Positions 56,560 to 64,000 of a stretch of DNA of 64,000 nucleotides are shown here, in pieces. The position numbers and the translations under genes are program-made. Below the pieces are notes generated by a model. It did no database searches. It was not told the DNA's origin and saw nothing but the letters and a program-made list of their open reading frames with translations. Every line of letters begins with the position of its first letter. The stretch's first letter is position 1. The stretch is from a virus, in IMG/VR virus record IMGVR_UViG_3300004369_000006, positions 19,288 to 83,287 of that record, one strand, 5' to 3'.

Positions 56560-57527
56560 TGCATACAGGATTATACACTACATATAAGAACATCTCTGAA
56601 AGGGTTCTGCGTATCATTGACGCAGATAACTATGACGATAGTGATGCACAAGTATTTATTGCTGATGCATTGAATCTTATTGGTGTGCATCATGCTTATG
56701 AACCTAAGAAGTGCTTTATTGATATTGAGCAACACAGGGGAGAGTTACCAAAAGATATTACGTACATGATTGCAGTACGTGGTAACTCATATAAGAATGG
56801 CATTACCAGTCACACTATTGCTTCTACAGAGATTCCTCAGACCAACATTACTACTGATCTTACAGGTAATGGTAATCCTAACACAGTGTTGGGATCAGGT
56901 ACATTTGCAGGACAAACTTATTTAGATACCAACTCAGAAAATACTTATGAGTGGGATGGCAGTACTTGGATTTTCTTACAAAGTACTCGTAATCCTATGG
57001 CTTCAGGTAAAGTAGTATCTAAAGACTACATAACCAGTCTATATCCTATGCGATATAACGGGGCTAGTTTTCACTACACATACTACTGCGATACTGACCT
57101 AGTTAATAACAAGGTTCCTAGTTCATGTAATATGACCTATACCTTGGCAAGTAATCACATCTTTACCAGCTTTGATAGTGGAATTGTAGAGATTGCATAT
57201 CGTGCTATACCTGTATCTGAAAAGGGTGAGCCATTGATTCCTAATAACAGAACAGTACAACTTGCTTTAGAAGCATATGTTATTGAGCGCATTGGATACA
57301 AACTTTTAATTAGAGGTAAGATAGATGGTGGTGTTTATCAAAAGATGCAACAAGAAAGAGATTGGTACATGGGTGCAGCAACTTCAGATTTATCTACACC
57401 TTCACCTGACGAGATGGAATCTATTGCTAATGTATGGCAAAGTTTCTTTACTCATGGCAGTCATTCTACTGCTTGGGAAGGTACTGGGTCTAGTGAACAT
57501 TTAAAACCTCATCCCCCTAAATCATGA
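56559..57527 (+). CDS. Tail ring / tubular protein
   Basis: HRGELP, IFTSFDSGIVEIAYRAIPV...G.PLIP, WYMGAA...PSPDEMESIAN. Confidence 0.8.
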   Translation: MHTGLYTTYKNISERVLRIIDADNYDDSDAQVFIADALNLIGVHHAYEPKKCFIDIEQHRGELPKDITYMIAVRGNSYKNGITSHTIASTEIPQTNITTDLTGNGNPNTVLGSGTFAGQTYLDTNSENTYEWDGSTWIFLQSTRNPMASGKVVSKDYITSLYPMRYNGASFHYTYYCDTDLVNNKVPSSCNMTYTLASNHIFTSFDSGIVEIAYRAIPVSEKGEPLIPNNRTVQLALEAYVIERIGYKLLIRGKIDGGVYQKMQQERDWYMGAATSDLSTPSPDEMESIANVWQSFFTHGSHSTAWEGTGSSEHLKPHPPKS

Positions 57528-60500
57528 AGAAGATAGGATTTGGATTTAGCAAGATGGACAAGGATACGGCAGCTAATGCACGTAAGCCAGAGAATTACCA
57601 TGATGCTTTAAATATGATTAATACTGCCACTGAGGACAATGTCAACGGTGGCATAATGTCTGATAGGGGCAATACGGAATCTATTCGTATTCCTAACATT
57701 GTTAATGATCAACAAAAGCCAGGTACATTTTATACTACGTATGATACTACAGCTCCTACTTTACCTCCATCTACGTTTATCCAATCTTATCCCTACACGA
57801 ATCCGCAGTTTATTGGACTACCTATTTTGGTTGTACCTAAGATAATTGGTCAGGTAGAACACAAAGAGTTTATCTATTTAGTTACTACAGGCTCTGTAGG
57901 TACTCCTACGGGTACTAATGATGGACAGGTATGGGAGTTTAATACACAGACTAACAACTTACGTCTTGTGTACCATGGGTTTTTAAACCTAAGCTTAGAC
58001 TTTCCTATTACAGGTATACATTTTATAGAGGAAACAGAATCCAATAAGCGTCTGTACTTTATAGATCATTATAACCAATTGCAGGTTATTAATGTAGCTA
58101 ACCCTGATGTATTTAATTTACCTGCTACAGCATTTCAGATTATAGGTGAAACAATTTTGTATGCACCTGAACTAATAGGTACATCTCGAGGAGGTTTATT
58201 TCAAGCAGGTCTAGTAGCTTATGCGTATCAGTATTATAATACTAATGGTACGTTTACCAAACTAAGTCCTTTATCAGAATACATTAATATTAATGAGCAG
58301 TATAAAGGTAACGAAGAAACAGAAAAAATTGGTATATCTACTAACTTAGAAATTAATAACCTAGATGGTAATTACTCAGGTATTCGTTTATATAGAATAC
58401 ATTATATCAATCCTGATCAATCTCCATTAGTACATCTTATTGCAGAACATGAATATAATATTCCAGGTACTACTGCAAGATTTGTAGATGATGGTGCTAA
58501 CAACATTGCTTTATATTCTTTAGAAGAATTATTGTATTTATACAATAGAACTGTATTTACAGGTAGGGCAGTTACTACTAAGGATAACCATATGTTTATT
58601 GGTAATCTTAAAGAGTATCCTTACTTACCTGACTATGATGCAAGAGCATATCGATGGAATACTAATAGTATAGCACGGGTAGAAACCAGTCAAGGTAATT
58701 TTGTAAACCTTACAAGTATTAGTCAAGCTGCAGCATTAGATTCTGAGCATGACGCTATTAATCCTTCTAATTATGCAGAAGAGCGCAATAACAATGTGCA
58801 GCCAGGAGGATTTTATTTTGGTAGTCCTGACCCTTTATATCGTACTTATCATTATCAGTTTAATGGTAGTACTATTGGAGGAGAAGGTCCTAATATAAAA
58901 TATACTTTTAAAACAGAGCTATATAGACCTGCATTCTTTGGATCAATAAACGATGGATTTACACTTAATCAAAATTCATTTGCTGAAATAGGAAACTATG
59001 ACCAAAGAGGATATAAGCGTGATGAAATTTACCGTTTTGGTATTATCCTATATAACAAGTATATGCAGGCTAGTCCTGTAAACTGGATTGGAGATATTCG
59101 TTTTCCTACTACGGATGATAATAATGGAGATTTTGAATTAACTCATCAATCTTTATATAGTAGTGATCCTGTCAATTATCCTATGGATCCTGACCAGGGT
59201 AAGTTTAGAAAATTATATATTGAGTTCAGAGTAAGCAACTTACCTTCGGATTGTATTGGATATCAGATAGTACGAGTACCAAGAACCGATATAGATAAGA
59301 CTATTCCTTTCCAAGCCTTAGTACAACCTATGGTTATTGGTAATAATAGAAACTTTATTGGTAATATTCCTGCGGCAGGTATTTCACAAGTTACTACACC
59401 TTTTGATGAGTATCGTAATCTTATCCAACCTACATTATTTAATAGGGCTGTATCAGGTACGTTATTAGGTATAGTAGGTTCAAACTGGACTTATAGTTCT
59501 ACTCCAAATATATCTAATGGTTTAAATGCTCCTCAAAGTTGGTGGGCAGGGTGGCCAGTATTTGGTTTAAGTACTTCTCCTGGTCCTTTTAATAGCTCTT
59601 ATAATTTTTCTACTATTTATCCTACAGCTGATGCTGCTTCAGGAGGAACTACCCCTCAAGAAAGAGTTACTACACGACAAACAGATGCAGTAATCCAATT
59701 ATACTCTCCTGAAATAGAATTGCACAAAAGCAATACAATGACTACAAGTCCGTCATACTTAAAAACAATTGGAGGAATAGACGTGCTTAGACGGGGTACA
59801 ACAAAGTTTCAAAACAGTTATGCAGATACGTCATCTAATTTTCAAGTTGGATTTAACAATCAAGCAGGTAATGTAAATGATCCTAATACTTGGGGCATAA
59901 TTTATTATGAAGCTTCTAATAGGGTACAGACTAATAAAGACCAAGCTAAGGTTGTTCAATTATTAGATATTCCTGAGTTTACTCCTGAAAGTCAAAATGA
60001 CAATCCGTTTAATATAAATACTCCGACTAAGTATAGCTTTAACCAAAGTAATATTGAGTTCACAAATGATATTGCACATGTTTTAGTTAATGCAGCTAAC
60101 GGAGATGGAGTATGGTATGCAGATAATAATGATTGTATTACTGCAAGAGTAGGTAATCCTGTATCAGGTCTTTTAAATGAATCATTTACCAATATGATTA
60201 CTGATACCTATCAAGAGGCAGGGTTAACGGGTGGTACTACTACATACACAAGTGCTTTTGCATTAAATAATCATGCTAATACTTCTGCGTTTAATCAAAC
60301 TTATAATCCTTGGCCTATTATTGAAAGACAGAAATGGCCATTAGTAGATTATAAAATCTTTAATCGTACTAGTATTTACATAGGAAATAGTTATGAGGCA
60401 CGAAGTAATAATAACTATATCCCAGTTACGAATTTTATTCCAGCAACTACCGCTACAACTTTAGTTAAGAATGGTGATACTTTCCTATCGTTTTGGGCTT

Positions 60501-61840
60501 TAGAAAGAACAAGTGCTAAGCAAGTAGATCCATTCTTTAGGTATGGTACTATAAGGAATATTATGATGTTCCCAATAGAAACTACAATTAATATAGATGC
60601 CCGTACTGATAACTGGAGAAGTTATTTGCGTGATATAGATACTTTGTTTTCCAAAGGTCCAAAGTATAATGACATATATCAGTATGAGCCTACTAACTTT
60701 AATCATTTTCCTTTACCTCTAAACTATACTCCAAACACTAAGTTTGATTATCGTTTAGTTGCAAGTAACAGTAAGGTATATGGTGAGTACTTAGATAACT
60801 GGTCTTTGTATGAATTTAACCAAGTAATGGATTTAGATCCTGCACGTGGTCATATTAGTAACATGCATAGGCTAGGAGAGGATGTAATTGCTATTCAATC
60901 ACAAGGTATAAGCTTACTCAAGATTAATCCTGACATTACGGTATCTTCTGAACAAGGAAGTCAGATAGAACTTGCAGCAGGTAGTCTTCTTTATTCTAAT
61001 ACTTATATAGATAGAACAGCAGGTGCTAGTGCAACATTTGGTTCTGCGGAATTACCTGGCGCATTAATAATTGTAGATGACTTAAACAAAAAGATTAAGT
61101 TGTTTAGTTCAGAAGGTAACAATGTAATATCTGATGTACTTGGTATTTCTAGTTATTTACGCAAAGAAGTAAACTTTGATTTAGTACGTCTAGATAATCC
61201 TTACAAGAATACTGGAGTAGCTATTGGATATTATCCTGATAAGCAAATGGTTTATCTTACATTTAACTTATTAGATGTAACTACAAATATACGTCCACAA
61301 CCCGATAATAGCTTTACTCTTGGTTACAGCTTCTTACAGCAAGGATTTACATCTCGCTATAGCTTTACCCCACAAGCATACGTTAGTAGCTTAGGACGCA
61401 TCTATAGCATTCCTGATAATGAATCTGTATGGAAGCATGAAACAGGATTGTACGCTAACTATTACGGAGTACAGTATGAGTCTTCTATATCTTTGTTTGG
61501 TACTTCTGAAGGAATGTACAATAGCACGTGGGACACATTATCATATACTGGTCGATTAACAGACCTTAATGGTAATGATATCTACGATGAATCATTTACT
61601 TCTATCCGAGTATATAATGAGCATCAAGATACAGGAGTTGTATCCTTAGTAAACTTTACCAACCACAGACACCGTGATCGTAGATGGAATGTAGGTTTAC
61701 CAAGAGTTCAAGGTTCTCGTGCTCGCATTAGTAATCCTTGGGCTATTATGGAGCTATCATACTTAGGTGATGGCACTAAGCGTATTATTGTAGATAGCGC
61801 AAATGCTACTTATAGATTATACCCGAGTAGTTATATATAA
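57524..61840 (+). CDS. Tail muzzle / stabilisation protein
   Basis: MDKDT...YHDALN, YAYQYYN..G..T..SPLS, KDNHMFIGNL, GYKRDEIYRFGI, WIGDIRFP, GDTF, RDRRW; 1438 aa, follows the ring proteins. Confidence 0.85.
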   Translation: MKKIGFGFSKMDKDTAANARKPENYHDALNMINTATEDNVNGGIMSDRGNTESIRIPNIVNDQQKPGTFYTTYDTTAPTLPPSTFIQSYPYTNPQFIGLPILVVPKIIGQVEHKEFIYLVTTGSVGTPTGTNDGQVWEFNTQTNNLRLVYHGFLNLSLDFPITGIHFIEETESNKRLYFIDHYNQLQVINVANPDVFNLPATAFQIIGETILYAPELIGTSRGGLFQAGLVAYAYQYYNTNGTFTKLSPLSEYININEQYKGNEETEKIGISTNLEINNLDGNYSGIRLYRIHYINPDQSPLVHLIAEHEYNIPGTTARFVDDGANNIALYSLEELLYLYNRTVFTGRAVTTKDNHMFIGNLKEYPYLPDYDARAYRWNTNSIARVETSQGNFVNLTSISQAAALDSEHDAINPSNYAEERNNNVQPGGFYFGSPDPLYRTYHYQFNGSTIGGEGPNIKYTFKTELYRPAFFGSINDGFTLNQNSFAEIGNYDQRGYKRDEIYRFGIILYNKYMQASPVNWIGDIRFPTTDDNNGDFELTHQSLYSSDPVNYPMDPDQGKFRKLYIEFRVSNLPSDCIGYQIVRVPRTDIDKTIPFQALVQPMVIGNNRNFIGNIPAAGISQVTTPFDEYRNLIQPTLFNRAVSGTLLGIVGSNWTYSSTPNISNGLNAPQSWWAGWPVFGLSTSPGPFNSSYNFSTIYPTADAASGGTTPQERVTTRQTDAVIQLYSPEIELHKSNTMTTSPSYLKTIGGIDVLRRGTTKFQNSYADTSSNFQVGFNNQAGNVNDPNTWGIIYYEASNRVQTNKDQAKVVQLLDIPEFTPESQNDNPFNINTPTKYSFNQSNIEFTNDIAHVLVNAANGDGVWYADNNDCITARVGNPVSGLLNESFTNMITDTYQEAGLTGGTTTYTSAFALNNHANTSAFNQTYNPWPIIERQKWPLVDYKIFNRTSIYIGNSYEARSNNNYIPVTNFIPATTATTLVKNGDTFLSFWALERTSAKQVDPFFRYGTIRNIMMFPIETTINIDARTDNWRSYLRDIDTLFSKGPKYNDIYQYEPTNFNHFPLPLNYTPNTKFDYRLVASNSKVYGEYLDNWSLYEFNQVMDLDPARGHISNMHRLGEDVIAIQSQGISLLKINPDITVSSEQGSQIELAAGSLLYSNTYIDRTAGASATFGSAELPGALIIVDDLNKKIKLFSSEGNNVISDVLGISSYLRKEVNFDLVRLDNPYKNTGVAIGYYPDKQMVYLTFNLLDVTTNIRPQPDNSFTLGYSFLQQGFTSRYSFTPQAYVSSLGRIYSIPDNESVWKHETGLYANYYGVQYESSISLFGTSEGMYNSTWDTLSYTGRLTDLNGNDIYDESFTSIRVYNEHQDTGVVSLVNFTNHRHRDRRWNVGLPRVQGSRARISNPWAIMELSYLGDGTKRIIVDSANATYRLYPSSYI

Positions 61841-61892
61841 TGTACTAACTATCAATAATATATAATATAAATACATATTTTAATTTTGTTAT

Positions 61893-63737
61893 ATGAAGTC
61901 TAAGAAGCCCGTTAAAAATCGCTATAAAGGCGCACTACGTCCAGGTTCGGAAAACTATATGTACGGGGGCTATCAATATATGTATGGGGGTGAGTATAAA
62001 GATGGGGGATTATTTAAGGATATAGGAGCTGGAGCCTATGGTATATTAGAAGGAACTTTAGACACTCTTACATTTGGTGCTACAGATACTTTAACAGACG
62101 CTGGATATAGAGGTTTACAAAAACTTGGAAATAAAAATGTAGACTTAGGTAACCAAAAATCTGCAAAAGAATTAGCAGAACAAGATCGTATTCGAGGTGC
62201 AGGTGAAATTGGAGGTGCTGCATTAGGTGTTGCAGTAAATCCTGCATCATTAAAAAGTGGCGTAACTACTGCAGTAGGTGGAGCATCAGATATTATACAA
62301 GCTTCTGATGTTTCAGATAGTACTAAAAATATTGCATCAGGATTATCTAAAGCAACATCTCTTGCTACTTCATTTATGGGAGGTGCAGGTATGGCAGAAG
62401 GTTTAGCTCCGTTTGCTAAACATGCAGACCAGTTAGATACTTTTATGAATATTGGTCAAGGAGCTAATATGTTAGGGCAACTTCTTCCACAAGGACAAAG
62501 TTTATCTAATCAAGTACAGCAATCTCAACAACAATCCGTAAGTGCTGGTGGAGTAGGTCCTTATAGTAGTCAAAGATTTTATGGCGATGGTGGTAAACTA
62601 AGTAATAAGATTGGTAAGCTACGTAGAGAAGGATATCCACAAGACCAAGCAGTAGCTATTGCATATTCTATGATGGAGCGCAATGAGTTAGGTAATGGGG
62701 GATATGTAGTATCTAAATCAGATAGAAAAGGTAAGACACACAAAGTAACAGGTCCTGATGGAACTGTAAAACATTTTGGTGATCCTAACCTTAAGAATCG
62801 TCCTAACAATCCTGAAGCTAAAAAGTCTTGGTATGCTCGTCATAAAAAGAACTTAGATAATAATCCACACTTCCGTGCTTATGCTCGTGCTACATGGGCT
62901 GAAGGAGGAATGATGGATACGGATCCTAAAAATAAAAATAAAACAACATCTGATAGTACTGCAGTATCAAATACTCCTTATAGTATATTTAAATCTATGT
63001 CAGAGCATAGAAATATCGAAATACCAAAATTAGTAGGAATAGTTGAAGGAATAGGTATTGCTGAATCAGGCTTAAAAGAAGAACAAAAACAAATAGGTGG
63101 GGGGCCAGGAGCGGGAGTTGTACAAATTGAAGATGGTCCTTCTTTAAAAACTGCTCAAGGAAGAGTAAAAAATTATTACGCAGATATTTTAAAACAACCT
63201 TTAGATGATTTAGCAAATAAAATGATGTCTGTAAAAAGTGCCAAAGATTTAAGTCTTCAAGAACAGGCAGCTTTAGCAATTATAGACATGCATTATCGCA
63301 AAAATTTTTCAATAGATAATGCAATAAGAAATGATAGTTCATTAGTTGATGAGTGGGCAGTAGGATGGCAAACTACTAACGATCCTGAAAAACGTGCTAA
63401 TTTTTTTGCACGCATTAACTCTGACCGCGGTAAAGCACTAAGAGGTACTTTATATCCACAAATTATAAGTACTGCTTCTACTGCTTCTAGTCCTATTTCT
63501 TATCAAATTAAATCAGGAGATACTATGTGGGACATTAGCCAAAAGTATAATGTTCCTGTAGAGAGTATATTAAAAGTTAATCCTGAAATTAAAGATGCTG
63601 CTAGTATTAAAGCAGGACAGAATCTTATTATACCTAAAGTTAATGCTCAAGGAGGTTGGTTAAGTAAATATGAAATGGGCGGTAACATCCAAGACAATAC
63701 ATACTCTCAAGGAGGGTGGTTAAACAAATACAAATGA
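61893..63737 (+). CDS. Multi-module virion cargo protein with lysozyme-like and LysM domains, punctuated by xxxGG motifs
   Basis: LysM YQIKSGDTMWDISQKYNV...NPEI...IKAGQNLIIP; lysozyme-like IAESG...GGGPGAGVVQIE; Gly/Ala-rich membrane-like segment. Confidence 0.7.
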   Translation: MKSKKPVKNRYKGALRPGSENYMYGGYQYMYGGEYKDGGLFKDIGAGAYGILEGTLDTLTFGATDTLTDAGYRGLQKLGNKNVDLGNQKSAKELAEQDRIRGAGEIGGAALGVAVNPASLKSGVTTAVGGASDIIQASDVSDSTKNIASGLSKATSLATSFMGGAGMAEGLAPFAKHADQLDTFMNIGQGANMLGQLLPQGQSLSNQVQQSQQQSVSAGGVGPYSSQRFYGDGGKLSNKIGKLRREGYPQDQAVAIAYSMMERNELGNGGYVVSKSDRKGKTHKVTGPDGTVKHFGDPNLKNRPNNPEAKKSWYARHKKNLDNNPHFRAYARATWAEGGMMDTDPKNKNKTTSDSTAVSNTPYSIFKSMSEHRNIEIPKLVGIVEGIGIAESGLKEEQKQIGGGPGAGVVQIEDGPSLKTAQGRVKNYYADILKQPLDDLANKMMSVKSAKDLSLQEQAALAIIDMHYRKNFSIDNAIRNDSSLVDEWAVGWQTTNDPEKRANFFARINSDRGKALRGTLYPQIISTASTASSPISYQIKSGDTMWDISQKYNVPVESILKVNPEIKDAASIKAGQNLIIPKVNAQGGWLSKYEMGGNIQDNTYSQGGWLNKYK

Positions 63738-64000
63738 AAAACGAATTCTTAAAAATGGCAGGTGTCACTTCTGAAGAAGACTTCTACAAGAAGTTTCCTA
63801 CAGAGGATGCATTCTTTAATGCCTTTCCTCAAGCTCAAGAAATGGCTATGGGAGGAATGATAGATAAAAATGTTATGATGCAAGATTTATACGGTAAAGG
63901 TGGACAAATGATTAAGCGTGCTGATGGTTCTTATAGTCGTAGAGGATTATGGGATAACATCCGTGCTAATCGTGGTTCAGGTAAAAAGCCTACTAAAGAA
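63734..64000 (+). CDS. Next cargo-type protein (3'-truncated by the window; not in ORF track)
   Basis: ATGA overlap; MKNEFLKMAGVTSEEDFYKKFPTEDAFF...MAMGG...YGKGGQMIKRADGSYSRRGLWDNIRANRGSGKKPTKE; open to the window end. Confidence 0.75.
   Translation, partial: MKNEFLKMAGVTSEEDFYKKFPTEDAFFNAFPQAQEMAMGGMIDKNVMMQDLYGKGGQMIKRADGSYSRRGLWDNIRANRGSGKKPTKE

Noticed and set aside
1-64000. Stop-codon reassignment (TAG or TGA), known in some crAss-like phages
   Set aside because: TerL, portal, capsid, PolA and muzzle genes are full length in the standard code, TGA is used as a real stop in ATGA overlaps, and I found no suppressor tRNA.
1-64000. Integrase, transposase or prophage boundaries
   Set aside because: No recombinase or host housekeeping genes were recognised; the whole window is consistent with a lytic phage genome.

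Overview
This window is about 64 kb of an AT-rich, crAss-like (Crassvirales-type) podovirus genome in the standard genetic code. TAnnTTTG promoters and AT-rich, mostly SD-less starts point to a Bacteroidota host, probably environmental. 1-3.7 kb (+): the C-terminal end of a giant virion/cargo protein and a metallophosphoesterase. 3.7-28.2 kb (-): a complete replication, repair and early arm with PolA, DnaB, primase, SF2 helicase, AAA ATPase, two PD-(D/E)XK nucleases, UNG, dUTPase, RadC/JAB, a DnaA-CTD protein, DUF932, a spore photoproduct lyase-like enzyme, a permuted GHKL ATPase, a DUF6915/DUF6878-like pair and many small ORFs. About 28.2 kb: a divergent control region with an abrupt GC-skew flip and repeated ACCCAC motifs. 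28.4-64 kb (+): terminase, portal, scaffold, major capsid, ring/hub proteins, modular tail fibres, LamG and LRR receptor-binding candidates, a lysis cassette, a muzzle protein and GG-motif-punctuated cargo proteins. The most unusual signals are (i) a 3-fold-symmetric three-way-junction RNA (47835-47923) with a UYGUYCA motif every 31 nt, directly after the stop codon of the longest tail-fibre gene, and (ii) cargo proteins built from unrelated modules separated by recurring [Y/W/M/L]xxGG motifs, suggesting a processed polyprotein. Family assignments come from motif recognition and gene order, not database searches.
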